From NCBI GenBank assembly GCA_001804415.1, contig MHGA01000017.1, positions 18,390 to 82,389 of the forward strand: DNA of 64,000 nucleotides, read 5' to 3'. Position numbers and translations under genes: made by a program. Below the pieces are notes generated by a model, which ran no database searches, was not told the DNA's origin, and saw only the letters and a program-made list of their open reading frames with translations. This stretch comes from Candidatus Aquivivens invisus. GTDB lineage: Bacteria > Omnitrophota > Gorgyraeia > Aquiviventales > Aquiviventaceae. Of this stretch, positions 8,204-17,648 are shown in pieces; within the stretch, counting starts at the first letter, position 1, and each line of letters begins with the position of its first letter.

Positions 8204-9550
8204 ATGATTGGTCACGCACGGTTGCTTGAGGAACTGGGAAAGCTGGTTGCGCGCTCGCCGGCCGATGCGACTAGCGTCTGCGCGGATGCCGAGCGGCTGC
8301 GCGTCTCGCGCTTCGCCCACGAGACGATCCATCAGGACCTCGTGCAGGAGAGCTTGAGCGTCACCATCAAGGTGATCGTCAACCGGCGGGTCGGGATCGC
8401 GGTCACCGACACCCTGGAGTACGCCAGCCTGCACCGGGGACTCCGCGCCGCACTCGAGATCGCCCGCCATGCCCCGCCGACCACCCTCCTAGCTCCTCTG
8501 CCAGGCCCCTACCAGCACATCACCCTGCAAGATTACGATCCGGCAACCGCCGAGATGCCCGCGCAGCATTTCGTCAACGTCTTGAAGCGGTTGCTGCAGA
8601 TCTGCCAAGGCGTCGGCGCCACACTCGCCGGCTCCTTCACCGTCTCGGAGGCGGAGCTGGCCGTCGCCAATTCCAACGGGGTGGCCTGTTACGCCGCGTC
8701 CACCGCCGCGGCCGCGAAGCTCGTGACCATGTATCGCAAGCTCTCGGGCTACGCCAGCGGGGTCGAACCGCACATCAACCACCTCGATGTCGAGGCGTTG
8801 TTGGAGCGCGCGCTGAAACTGTGCCTGCATCGACACGATCCCCTCACGCTGCCGACCGGCACCTATGAGGTCATCCTCGAGCCGGAGGCCGTCGCGGAGC
8901 TGGTGACGTGGCTCGGCTACATCGCCTTCGGGGCGAAAAGCTTCCAGGAGCGCACGAGCTGCCTGTCCGGCCGCATGGGCGAGGCGCTGCTCGCCCGGTC
9001 GATCACCATCAGCGACGACGGCAACGATCCGGCAGGGCTGCGTCAGCCGTTCGACTACGAGGGGGTGGCCAAGCAACGCGTCGCCCTCATTGACCGGGGC
9101 GTGGCCACCGGCATCGTCTATGATACGACCTACGGACATCTCTACGGACAGCCTTCCACGGGCCACGCCCAACCGCCTGATCAGCCCGACGGCCCGCTGC
9201 CGTTGCATCTCTTCCTTGAGCCGGGGACCACGCGACGAGAGGAGCTGATCCGCTCCTGCCGACGAGGGTTGCTGATTCCCCGCTTCCATTACGTCAGCGG
9301 CCTGCTGAACACCCGCGAAGCCCTGATGACCGGCCTGACCCGCGAGGGGACGTGGCTCATCGAAGACGGCAAGCTGCGGCACCCGGTGACCACGATGCGA
9401 TTTACCCAAAGCTTCCTGGAGGCCTTTGGGCACGTCCTGGGCGTGTCGAAGGAACGGCGGCTGATCGCCGACCCGGCTCAGGACGCCGGATGCGCCGTGA
9501 TGCCGACGGTGCGCCTGGCCAAGTTCCGCTTCACCGGCCGCTCCGCATGA
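8204..9550 (+). CDS. pmbA: TldD/PmbA-family metalloprotease (PmbA/TldE)
   Basis: Second U62-family paralog immediately after tldD. The start is placed at MIGHARLLEE (8204) rather than the repeat-encoded MSLVACNLSL. Confidence 0.7.
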   Translation: MIGHARLLEELGKLVARSPADATSVCADAERLRVSRFAHETIHQDLVQESLSVTIKVIVNRRVGIAVTDTLEYASLHRGLRAALEIARHAPPTTLLAPLPGPYQHITLQDYDPATAEMPAQHFVNVLKRLLQICQGVGATLAGSFTVSEAELAVANSNGVACYAASTAAAAKLVTMYRKLSGYASGVEPHINHLDVEALLERALKLCLHRHDPLTLPTGTYEVILEPEAVAELVTWLGYIAFGAKSFQERTSCLSGRMGEALLARSITISDDGNDPAGLRQPFDYEGVAKQRVALIDRGVATGIVYDTTYGHLYGQPSTGHAQPPDQPDGPLPLHLFLEPGTTRREELIRSCRRGLLIPRFHYVSGLLNTREALMTGLTREGTWLIEDGKLRHPVTTMRFTQSFLEAFGHVLGVSKERRLIADPAQDAGCAVMPTVRLAKFRFTGRSA

Positions 9551-10752
9551 CGAGCACACAGCAGACAGCACACAGCAGACAGCACAGCGCATTGCTGTGT
9601 GCTGTGTGCTTGGTGCTGTGTGCTGTCTCAGGGTGCGCGGTCCTCGGGACGATCAAGCAGCCGCTGGCGCAGGCGGTGGCGGCTGGAGGGGAACTCCTTG
9701 ACGATGGGTATGCCGACGTGGCGGGCGCCCTCCACATCCACACGACGTACTCCCATGACGCGCATGGGACGTTTGAGGACGTGGTGCGGGCGGCCAACGC
9801 GCAGCAGCTCGACTACGTCATCCTCACGGAGCACAACACCCTCCAGCCGCTTCGCGAGGGCAAGCAGGGCTGGCATGGGGCGGTTCTCGTGCTGATCGGG
9901 ACTGAGCTCTCGACTCGAGGCGGGCATTATCTGGCGTTGAACGTCACTGAGGAGATCGACCGTCATCAGCTCACCACCCAACAGATCATCGATGAGGTCG
10001 CTCGCCAGGGAGGGTTGGGATTCATCGCCCATCCGTATTTCAAGAAGGGGCGCTGGAAGGACTGGACGGTGAGGGGCTTCACCGGCATCGAGGCGTATAA
10101 CGTCGCGCACGACACGTTGGATGAGAACAAGCTCCGCCTGGCGCTGTGGACGCTCACCGCCCCGCCGGAGCCGTTTTACCTCTCGATCATCGACCGGCCG
10201 TACGATCCGCTGCGCGCTTGGGATGAGCTCGTCGCGCGGCACGGCAAGGTGGTGGGGATCGGTGCGACCGACGCGCATGAATTCCACCTGTGGGGCCTGA
10301 AGTTCGCCCCCTATGACATCATGTTCCAGATGGTCCGCACGCACCTCCTGGTGCCCTCGACGCCCCTCACCCCTGACCTGGTCTATGAGGCCCTGCGCCA
10401 GGGACACGCCTATTGGGAACTCGCCCTCGTGGCTGATGCGCAGCGCGGTGTCCGCTTTTTCGCCCACGACGGCCAGCGAGTCCTCGGGGTGATGGGAGAT
10501 GAGATCCGCCTCGAGCCGAACCTGCACCTGACCGCGATCCTCCCACAACCAGCACTCCTGACGCTGTTCAAAGACGGGCAGGCGATCGCGACGGCTTCCG
10601 AGAAAAGCTGGGACGTGGCGGTGAGCGATCCGGGCGCCTATCGCCTCGAGGCGTCGCTCAACGGCAAACCCTGGCTCTTCACCAACCCGATCTACGTCCG
10701 CCCCGCACCCAATGACGAGCCAACAGCACCAAGCACACAGCACACAGAATAA
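9547..10752 (+). CDS. PHP-domain metal-dependent phosphoesterase, predicted lipoprotein
   Basis: HIHTTYSHD PHP motif. The N-terminus MTSTQQTAHSRQHSALLCAVCLVLCAVSGC has a hydrophobic core and an AVSGC lipobox. The ATGA overlap with the pmbA stop is at 9547-9550. Confidence 0.6.
   Translation: MTSTQQTAHSRQHSALLCAVCLVLCAVSGCAVLGTIKQPLAQAVAAGGELLDDGYADVAGALHIHTTYSHDAHGTFEDVVRAANAQQLDYVILTEHNTLQPLREGKQGWHGAVLVLIGTELSTRGGHYLALNVTEEIDRHQLTTQQIIDEVARQGGLGFIAHPYFKKGRWKDWTVRGFTGIEAYNVAHDTLDENKLRLALWTLTAPPEPFYLSIIDRPYDPLRAWDELVARHGKVVGIGATDAHEFHLWGLKFAPYDIMFQMVRTHLLVPSTPLTPDLVYEALRQGHAYWELALVADAQRGVRFFAHDGQRVLGVMGDEIRLEPNLHLTAILPQPALLTLFKDGQAIATASEKSWDVAVSDPGAYRLEASLNGKPWLFTNPIYVRPAPNDEPTAPSTQHTE
9553..9637. 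repeat. Inverted repeat (CACAGCAGA)n / (TGCTGTGTG)n overlapping the 5' coding end of the PHP lipoprotein gene
   Basis: agcacacagcagacagcacacagcagacagcacagcgcattgctgtgtgctgtgtgcttggtgctgtgtgctgtc. Confidence 0.6.
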
Positions 10753-11752
10753 CGGTTGGCGGCCTACCGCTCGATGGCTCCCTCTGTCTGCTGTGTGCTG
10801 TCTGCTGGGTGCTCCAATGGGGTGCGCTCACGTCCCCTTCCGCGCCGCTCGACCGGCCCAGCCGCTCTCCGCTGAGATCGCGGCCTACTACGACTACCCG
10901 GCGCGCCCCCAAGAAGTCACGCGCCAACTCACCAAGGACACGCCGCGGGTCACCGAATGGCTCATGCAGTTTCCGCTCTCCGCCTCAGGATTCGAGCCGA
11001 CCGAGCCGGTTGTGGAGTTCGAGTGGTTCGAGTCGAAGCAACCCGGCCAGCGGCCTGCGATTCTGTTCAACCCGATCCTCGGCGGCGACTACCCGCTTGA
11101 GCACGGCATCTGCCGATACTTCGCCGCGCGCGGATGGCATGTCGCGCTCGTCCACCGCAAGACGCTCAAGGTCTCTCCTGAACATCCGATCGAGCGTTTG
11201 GAGCTGCTGCTCCGGCAGGCCGTGGTGCGCATGCGACAGGTCGTCGACTGGATGGAGGGCGAGGGGCGGGTGGATCCGGAGCGTCTGGGAGGTTTCGGGA
11301 TCAGCATGGGCGGCATGGCCGGCGTGATCGCCGCGGCCCTTGACCCAAGGTTGAAGGCGCATGTGGTGGTCTTGGCCGGCGGTCCCATTGCGACGATCCT
11401 TGCCACCTCCCGCGATCCGCTGCTGGCCAAGCCTCGCCGACGGTACCTCGAGCACAACCAGATGGACCTGGCGACCTTTGAGGGGCGCGTGCGGGACACG
11501 GTGAAGACGGACCCCGTCGCCCTGGCGCCGTACGTCGACCCGTCACGGATGTTCATGGTGATTGCCCTGGCCGACCACACGATCGGCCGAACCAATGCGA
11601 TCCGGCTGTGGGAAGCCGTGGGACGACCCGAGGCGACCTTCATCCCGCTGGGGCACTACACGTCCTACTTGTCCCTCCCCTACCTCAAGCGCGCCAGCCT
11701 CCGATTCTTCCGAAAGACGCTTGGCAGTCCTTCCACCGACGAGCTACAATAG
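10712..11752 (+). CDS. Alpha/beta-hydrolase fold protein (dienelactone-hydrolase-like), putative exported
   Basis: GISMGG nucleophile elbow. The N-terminus MTSQQHQAHSTQ..LSAVCCLLGAPMGC is encoded by a second CA/TG-rich hairpin module. The true start is uncertain. Confidence 0.5.
   Translation: MTSQQHQAHSTQNNGWRPTARWLPLSAVCCLLGAPMGCAHVPFRAARPAQPLSAEIAAYYDYPARPQEVTRQLTKDTPRVTEWLMQFPLSASGFEPTEPVVEFEWFESKQPGQRPAILFNPILGGDYPLEHGICRYFAARGWHVALVHRKTLKVSPEHPIERLELLLRQAVVRMRQVVDWMEGEGRVDPERLGGFGISMGGMAGVIAAALDPRLKAHVVVLAGGPIATILATSRDPLLAKPRRRYLEHNQMDLATFEGRVRDTVKTDPVALAPYVDPSRMFMVIALADHTIGRTNAIRLWEAVGRPEATFIPLGHYTSYLSLPYLKRASLRFFRKTLGSPSTDELQ
10718..10812. repeat. Second CA-rich/TG-rich inverted-repeat module (paralog of 9553-9637)
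   Basis: ccaacagcaccaagcacacagcacacag...ctctgtctgctgtgtgctgtctgctgggtgc. Confidence 0.55.
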
Positions 11753-11759
11753 GACTCCC

Positions 11760-12722
11760 ATGTCGCTTGAGAAAATCATCCTGGCGAAGCCACGCGGGTT
11801 TTGCGCGGGGGTGGAGCGGGCGATTGAGATCGTCGAGCAGGCCCTCCAGCATGTGGAAGGCCCGATCTACGTCCGCAAGGAGATCGTCCACAACCCCCAC
11901 GTGGTCACCGGCCTGCGCGCCAAAGGGGCGGTGTTCGTGGAAGCCCTCGAGGAGGTCCCTCAAGGCCGGTTGGCGATCTTCAGCGCGCATGGGGTCTCCC
12001 CCGCCGTCCATCAGCAAGCCGCACGGCGGACGCTGCGGGTGATCGATGCCACCTGCCCCCTGGTGACCAAGGTGCACGTCGAAGCCAAGCGTTATGCCCG
12101 CGAAGGCTACACGATTCTCCTCGTCGGGCATGAAGGGCACGATGAGGTGATCGGCACGATGGGGGAAGCCCCGGCGTCGATCCGCCTCATTCAAACGACC
12201 CAGGACGCCGAACGCGTCCAGGTCCCCGATTCTCAGAAAGTCGCGGCCATCACCCAGACGACGCTGAGCCTGGACGACACCAGGGCGATCATCGACGTGT
12301 TGACACGGCGATTCCCCACACTGGTGTCCCCCTCAAAAGACGATATCTGTTACGCCACCCAGAACCGGCAGAACGCGGTGAAGGCCATCGCCAAGGAAGC
12401 CGAGGCGATCCTGGTCATCGGGGCCAAGAACAGCTCCAACTCCATCCGCCTCGTCGAGGTCGCGCAGGGCGCAGGACGCCGCGGGCACCTGATCAATCAG
12501 GCGAACGAGATCGACCCGAGGTGGTTTGAGGGCGTGCGATGCGTCGGGGTGACCTCGGGGGCTTCAGCGCCGGAGCATCTCGTGCAGGAGGTGGTCGCCT
12601 CTCTCCAACGGCTCGGGGCCACCCGCGTCGAGGAGTGGGAGCTGGTGAAAGAGGATGTCAACTTCGGCCTGCCCCTTGAACTGACCCAGCTGGAAGCCGG
12701 AAGCAGGAAGGCGGAAGCATGA
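11760..12722 (+). CDS. ispH: 4-hydroxy-3-methylbut-2-enyl diphosphate reductase (IspH/LytB)
   Basis: [49 protein letters not shown] are conserved LytB motifs including the three Cys ligands. An AGGA RBS lies 6 nt upstream. Confidence 0.85.
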   Translation: MSLEKIILAKPRGFCAGVERAIEIVEQALQHVEGPIYVRKEIVHNPHVVTGLRAKGAVFVEALEEVPQGRLAIFSAHGVSPAVHQQAARRTLRVIDATCPLVTKVHVEAKRYAREGYTILLVGHEGHDEVIGTMGEAPASIRLIQTTQDAERVQVPDSQKVAAITQTTLSLDDTRAIIDVLTRRFPTLVSPSKDDICYATQNRQNAVKAIAKEAEAILVIGAKNSSNSIRLVEVAQGAGRRGHLINQANEIDPRWFEGVRCVGVTSGASAPEHLVQEVVASLQRLGATRVEEWELVKEDVNFGLPLELTQLEAGSRKAEA

Positions 12723-13132
12723 AGTCGTTCACGGAATATCTCTGGTTTCACACAAAGACGCGACGCGATCTCATCAACATCACCGACACGGTTGAGCAGC
12801 TCGTGAAGACAAGCGGAGTGCAGGAAGGCTTCTGCCTCGTCTCGGCCATGCACATCACGGCGGGCATCTGGGTCAATGATGACGAAGAGGGATTGTGGCA
12901 GGATTTCTGGGAGCTGCTGGAACGGCTCGCACCGTTTCGTGAGGACTACAAGCATCACGCAACCGGCGAAGACAACGGGGACGCCCACCTGAAACGCACC
13001 CTCATCCACCACCAAGCGATGCTCCCGATCACCAAGGGCACGCTCGACCTGGGGCCCTGGGAGCAGGTGTTTTACGCGGAGTGCGACGGCAAGCGCAAGA
13101 AGCGGGTCGTCGTCAAGATCCTGGGGGAATAG
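12719..13132 (+). CDS. yjbQ: YjbQ/UPF0047-family protein (secondary thiamine-phosphate synthase-like)
   Basis: 137 aa, with [21 protein letters not shown] and [14 protein letters not shown], which is typical of UPF0047. There is an ATGA overlap with ispH. Confidence 0.7.
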   Translation: MKSFTEYLWFHTKTRRDLINITDTVEQLVKTSGVQEGFCLVSAMHITAGIWVNDDEEGLWQDFWELLERLAPFREDYKHHATGEDNGDAHLKRTLIHHQAMLPITKGTLDLGPWEQVFYAECDGKRKKRVVVKILGE

Positions 13133-13225
13133 CCTCATCAGTTCGAAGCGAGAAGTTCAAAGTTCGAAGTGACTGGAAACCTCGAACATCCACTTCGAAC
13201 TTCCGGCTTCGAACTTCGAACTAGT
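13133..13225. terminator. Hairpin array of GTTCGAAG/CTTCGAAC repeats between convergent genes (candidate bidirectional terminator)
   Basis: agttcgaagcgagaagttcaaagttcgaagtg ... cacttcgaacttccggcttcgaacttcgaact are near-complementary arms. Confidence 0.4.
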
Positions 13226-14438
13226 CCTCGAAGGTGTCGAGAGCGAACAGCTCCCGAAGATCGAGGCGGTGATAGGTGGTGTAGGCGGCGCGCGTTGGGC
13301 CCTGCGCGTTGGCCACCCAGAGCTCCGGCCAGGCGAAGATGACGCTCTGCACGTTCGAGCTGGGTGCTGCCGCTTTCGCGAGTTCCTTCGCCGCCTCGAC
13401 ATTGATCCGGCCGTAGCGCGATAGAATGCCCGCGGCTTGCCCCAGGTACCTCACCTCGTAGGCTGACCCTGCCGGCGACTCAAGGCCCGGTGCGCGCGGG
13501 TTGCCCCCTGAGGCGAGTTGCCGGTCCCGAATACCAGCATCCACCGCCGTATCCGCCCGGAAGACCGCGTCGGGCAGGGGGCGCGCGTACGCCACACCAT
13601 GCTCTGTGGCATCATCCGCCTCAAAGACCGCGACGTGCGAGCGGGTCGTCTCGACGACGACCGCCCGGTTGGCCTTCGCGTCTGCCACCACGTAGTTCAC
13701 CCCCACCGTCCGAGGCGCCTCGCGAATCAGGCGAACGGCTTCATCGAGGTCGTCCGCTTCTTCGAGGACGCGCCGCATGAGAAACGCCATCGGGATGCCG
13801 GCGTAGGTGGCGTCGACCGTCTCAGCGCCAATCTGCCCGATCGAAATCTGCCGGTCATTCATCCCGGTGAGCGCGCCGATAAATCCGGCCCAGCCGACGT
13901 TGACAAACGCGTGCTTGCCTGCAGGACGCACGACACACACGGTGGCGTAGCGTTGGATGCCGACCTCGATGGTCCAATCGAGGTTGCGCGTGTGGATCAG
14001 CCTGCCGCCTGAGGTCGCGCGCCCCCACACCGCCAACCCGGAGCACGCATAGGTGCGGTCGGGAACCGCGTGGAAGCGCCAGAGATCGCGCAGGCTCACC
14101 CCTGAGGCCGACGCCAGCGCGCGTAATTCTTCGAGATAGTCAGCCGGGACAAAGGGCTTGGCCTGAGCCCATGAACGGTCCAGCCACCAGTTCGCCGCCA
14201 CAGACCGGATGAGGGGCACTTTGAGGTACGCGCGGAAATAGCCCAGCAGCGTGGCGGTGGCGCGGCGCACGTCATCGGTAAGCAGCTCACCATGCTGGCG
14301 TCCAAGTTCCGTTGGCGCGCCCTCCAGGTAGACAATGGGCAGCCCGTCGTGATGTTCGACGCGCGCCGCTTCGGCGGTGACAGGTGACAGGTGACAGGTG
14401 ACAAGTGTGATGATCAGCAACGCGCTTGCACGCTTCAT
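13221..14438 (-). CDS. Peptidase C45 / acyl-CoA:6-APA acyltransferase-like Ntn-hydrolase, secreted
   Basis: TYACSGLAVWG (candidate Cys nucleophile) and RNLDW motifs. The N-terminal signal [25 protein letters not shown] has its hydrophobic core encoded by the (GTGACAG)n repeat. Confidence 0.5.
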   Translation of the reverse strand: MKRASALLIITLVTCHLSPVTAEAARVEHHDGLPIVYLEGAPTELGRQHGELLTDDVRRATATLLGYFRAYLKVPLIRSVAANWWLDRSWAQAKPFVPADYLEELRALASASGVSLRDLWRFHAVPDRTYACSGLAVWGRATSGGRLIHTRNLDWTIEVGIQRYATVCVVRPAGKHAFVNVGWAGFIGALTGMNDRQISIGQIGAETVDATYAGIPMAFLMRRVLEEADDLDEAVRLIREAPRTVGVNYVVADAKANRAVVVETTRSHVAVFEADDATEHGVAYARPLPDAVFRADTAVDAGIRDRQLASGGNPRAPGLESPAGSAYEVRYLGQAAGILSRYGRINVEAAKELAKAAAPSSNVQSVIFAWPELWVANAQGPTRAAYTTYHRLDLRELFALDTFED

Positions 14439-14484
14439 ACGTGGTCTCTTGAGCTTGTCACTTGTCACTTGTCGCTTGTCACGA
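14378..14484. repeat. Heptamer-repeat hairpin: (GTGACAG)x3-GTGACAA arm, ~43 nt spacer, CTTGTCAC-TTGTCAC-TTGTCGC-TTGTCAC arm
   Basis: Direct reading. The left arm lies inside the 5' coding end of the C45 gene. The right arm overlaps the stop of the ceramidase-like gene (..QIVTSDK*). Confidence 0.65.
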
Positions 14485-15766
14485 TCTGGTCAATCATCTG
14501 CTTCAATTCTTCAACGATCAGCTCGCCCGTTGAGGGGCCGTTGAGCATCATGGTGGCCTCATACGCATCCGTGTGGTAGACGGACTCGGCCATGCAGTAA
14601 CCGATGTAGTCGTTGGCGAACCCCACGATCAGAGGCTCGAAGCCCCGCGCCCGGGCATAGCGCTTGAGCTCCATGCCGAGCTCGGCGCTGAGATCGCACG
14701 GCACCCCGATGAAGAGCGCTGATCCAACGCTGACCAGGGACACGGTGGCGTCGTCATCCACCATCCCACGACTCAGCCATGTCGGAAGCGCCCATGACCC
14801 GAGGCGCACCCGCGCAGGCGGCAGGGGTACGACGCGCTGCGCCACGGTCAATCCGATCGCTTCACGCCGAGACGATTGCTCGAGTAACGTCACGGTTTCC
14901 GTCGCTAAGAGATCGCCCAAATGCCTGGCGGCCTCAAACGCACTTCCCTGTTTCACCGGGCCCTGATCGCCGACGGCTCCGGCGACAAACAGGCACACGG
15001 CTTCCGGGTACCGGGCTTCGACCTTCTCCGCCAACACCCCCGGATAGTCGGCGCTGAGCTGCCGATTCCACGCGCCCAGCGTCGTCGGGTGCGCGGCAAA
15101 TCCGGCCACAACCGCGACGGGCGTTCCCTTCGAATCCTCAACCACCACCACGCTCAGCTCGGGATCGGTGAGTCCCTCGGCGTTCATGCGATTGATGACG
15201 AGTCCCGTGGTGGCTGCGCTGGCCACGCGCGCCGTCACCGGTTGGCTCTGCGCTGAAGCCGTCACCACGGCCTGGGCGATGCGAGCGGACAAGAAGGTAA
15301 AGACCTCCGGATCGGCATGCCCCATGGACAGTTTTTCGAGAAATTTCTTCCCGTACGCCCCGGGGCCTGAGTGGGTATGGGTGGCGGCGAGTACCACCGA
15401 TATCGGCGGCAGGGACGGCTCGCGCCGCAGCCGTTCCTCCACGGCCTGGAACAAGGTTTCATCGATGACCAGCAGGTCGCAGCTCACGAGGGCCACGGCG
15501 GTGGCTCCCTCGCGAAGGACGAGGGCGCGGACGGACACCGGATCGTGGACGCCCACCGAGAGCGCGCCCTTGCGACGGCTGTACCCGGCGAGCGGCACGC
15601 GTTTGGGAGGCGTGAGATCCAGCTTCGCCGTTCCCGCGAGGAGTTCCTCAGCCCCGACCAGTGAGCCGTGGAGCGCGAGGCCCGCGAGAACGACCACCAG
15701 TAGTTGGAAGGAACGCTTACGGGGTCTGATGACGGAGAGACTGTTGGGCAAGGGCCAGCGCCTCAT
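14465..15766 (-). CDS. Neutral/alkaline ceramidase-like hydrolase (catalytic domain only), exported
   Basis: AATHTHSGPGAYG is the hallmark motif of the neutral ceramidase family, and there is an N-terminal hydrophobic segment. The start codon is uncertain. The model overlaps the cca 3' end by ~50 nt. Confidence 0.5.
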   Translation of the reverse strand: MRRWPLPNSLSVIRPRKRSFQLLVVVLAGLALHGSLVGAEELLAGTAKLDLTPPKRVPLAGYSRRKGALSVGVHDPVSVRALVLREGATAVALVSCDLLVIDETLFQAVEERLRREPSLPPISVVLAATHTHSGPGAYGKKFLEKLSMGHADPEVFTFLSARIAQAVVTASAQSQPVTARVASAATTGLVINRMNAEGLTDPELSVVVVEDSKGTPVAVVAGFAAHPTTLGAWNRQLSADYPGVLAEKVEARYPEAVCLFVAGAVGDQGPVKQGSAFEAARHLGDLLATETVTLLEQSSRREAIGLTVAQRVVPLPPARVRLGSWALPTWLSRGMVDDDATVSLVSVGSALFIGVPCDLSAELGMELKRYARARGFEPLIVGFANDYIGYCMAESVYHTDAYEATMMLNGPSTGELIVEELKQMIDQIVTSDK

Positions 15767-17186
15767 CTTTGGAATGGATGGTCCCCTCGGCCTGCGCCTC
15801 TTCAATGGCGCGAAGGAGCTTCCCAATCAGCGGACCCGGCTCAAGCGCCAGGGCCTGCATGAGCGCCTGGCCATCGATGAGCTTCGGGGGCCTGACGGCT
15901 TCTTCGGGTTTGAAGAAATACGCCCGCAGCAGCTCCTCCAGGCGGGCGCGCTGCTGATCGATCTGGTCAAGCCGAGAGGCGCTCCCGCGCGTGGCCATCC
16001 GGTCGAGCCACCAGACCAACAGACACGCCGGCCCGTCCTCCTCGAGATCGCGGAAGAATCGAAAGATCGCCCGCCGGGTCAGCACCGGCTCCCGGCTTAA
16101 GAATCCGGGCCGCAAATGGTAGAGTACTAGGCGGCGGATCATCTGCGCCTCGCGGTTCGAGAGGCGCAGGCGCTGGGTGACGGGTTCGACGAGCTCCGCG
16201 CCGAATTGCTCATGCCCCAGAAACCAAATGTCGCCGTCCGCCTTGACTCGACGGGTCGCGGGCTTGCCCACATCATGAAACAAGCCCGCCAGTTTCACCA
16301 AGGCCTTGCGGGATCGTCGCTCAACCGGTTCGACCGCCAGATATCCCGCCAGCGGTGGACGAAGCTCAGGGCTGAATTCAGCCAAGTCGGCCAGGATGCG
16401 ATCGGCCTGAGCCACGGTCTCGAGTTGGTGGTTCAGCACATCCAGGTGATGGAACGGTCCTTGATCGATCCCGCGGCCTGGAATCAGATCGGGGAAGAGC
16501 GCATCGAGGATCCGCAGGTCGTTGAGCTGCCGCCACGCCACGCTGGCGTGATCGGTTTCCAGGATCAGAAACACCTCATCCCGGATCCGTTCCCCGGAGA
16601 CCTGCGCCAGCTTGCCTGCGCAGGCGGCCATCAGGGGAGGCAGGCTGGCATCGAGCGCGCATGACAGCTCTGCGACAAAGCGAAACGCCCGCAGGATCCG
16701 CAGCGGGTCATCCTCGAAGGTGCCCGGAAAACAGGCCAGGAGCGTGCGAGACGCCAGAGCCTGACGGCCGTGCAGCGGATCGATGAGGGGCTGCGGGTTG
16801 TCCGGATTGCGCAACCATGCGGCGAGATCAATCGCCATCGCGTTCATCGTAAAGTCCCGGCGCCGCAGGTCCTCGTCCAGAGTCGCTCCACGGAAGTCGC
16901 CCAGATCCAGCTCGACGCGACCGGCGTCGGTGCCGACGATGATCCGAGCACAGCCGTTCGTCTCGTCCAGCAAGACAAAGGTCCCTGAGAGCCTCTGGGC
17001 CAAGGCCTGAGCCAGCGGGATCGCCTGCCGGGGAACTGCCAGATCCACGTTCCAGCCACGGATCGGCCGCTGCAACACCTGGTCCCGCAGCAGCCCCCCC
17101 ACGAGGTAACAAGGGCTTTGCCGGCTGCGCAAGAATTCTTGCGCGCGTTGTAAGAGGTCTCTCAGGTCTTGAGGGATCATCCGCAT
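15717..17186 (-). CDS. cca: CCA-adding tRNA nucleotidyltransferase / poly(A) polymerase head domain with HD domain
   Basis: CYLVGGLLRD..GWNVDLAV and DFTMNAMA are Pol-beta nucleotidyltransferase motifs. The LFHDVGKP HD motif is also present. Confidence 0.75.
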   Translation of the reverse strand: MRMIPQDLRDLLQRAQEFLRSRQSPCYLVGGLLRDQVLQRPIRGWNVDLAVPRQAIPLAQALAQRLSGTFVLLDETNGCARIIVGTDAGRVELDLGDFRGATLDEDLRRRDFTMNAMAIDLAAWLRNPDNPQPLIDPLHGRQALASRTLLACFPGTFEDDPLRILRAFRFVAELSCALDASLPPLMAACAGKLAQVSGERIRDEVFLILETDHASVAWRQLNDLRILDALFPDLIPGRGIDQGPFHHLDVLNHQLETVAQADRILADLAEFSPELRPPLAGYLAVEPVERRSRKALVKLAGLFHDVGKPATRRVKADGDIWFLGHEQFGAELVEPVTQRLRLSNREAQMIRRLVLYHLRPGFLSREPVLTRRAIFRFFRDLEEDGPACLLVWWLDRMATRGSASRLDQIDQQRARLEELLRAYFFKPEEAVRPPKLIDGQALMQALALEPGPLIGKLLRAIEEAQAEGTIHSKDEALALAQQSLRHQTP

Positions 17187-17258
17187 TGTATTATAGCTTG
17201 ACAATTCCGTCCGAATGACGAGAATACACTCAGATCATTCGCTCGTCTTCTCTATATT

Positions 17259-17645
17259 ATGGAACGGCCCAAGCGCTCCCGCACGAAAGACCTGCTCGAC
17301 TTCGAGATTGCCTTTTACGAACGCCTGCTCTGTGAGGACCCGGATTTCATCGATGCGCTGCGCGCAGTCGGTGAAGCGTATACCAGACGAGGATGGCACG
17401 AGAAGGCGTTCGCCGTGGATCAGCGGCTGACCCGGCTTCGGCCCGAGGATTCCTTCGCGTGGTACAACGCCGCCTGCAGCTTGGCCTTGCTCAACCGTCT
17501 GGATGAGGCGTTTGAAACTCTCGCCCATGCCTTGGCGTTGGGTTACGATGACTTCGAGTACCTCCTGAAGGATCCGGACCTCTCCGTCCTCCGCCGTTCG
17601 CCAAAGCTCCGGCAGCTTCTCGAACAGCGCCTCGCCTCTCAATAA
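17259..17645 (+). CDS. Small TPR-repeat protein
   Basis: 128 aa with W/Y-A..A-type TPR helices (EAYTRRGWHEKAFAVDQRL.., AWYNAACSLALLNRLDEAFETL). Confidence 0.5.
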   Translation: MERPKRSRTKDLLDFEIAFYERLLCEDPDFIDALRAVGEAYTRRGWHEKAFAVDQRLTRLRPEDSFAWYNAACSLALLNRLDEAFETLAHALALGYDDFEYLLKDPDLSVLRRSPKLRQLLEQRLASQ

Positions 17646-17648
17646 TTA

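Noticed and set aside
17196-17232. Sigma-70 promoter TTGACA-16nt-GAGAAT for the TPR gene at 17259
   Set aside because: The -35 hexamer is perfect but the -10 is weak, and the call rests on a single hexamer match without transcript data. It was not added as a feature.
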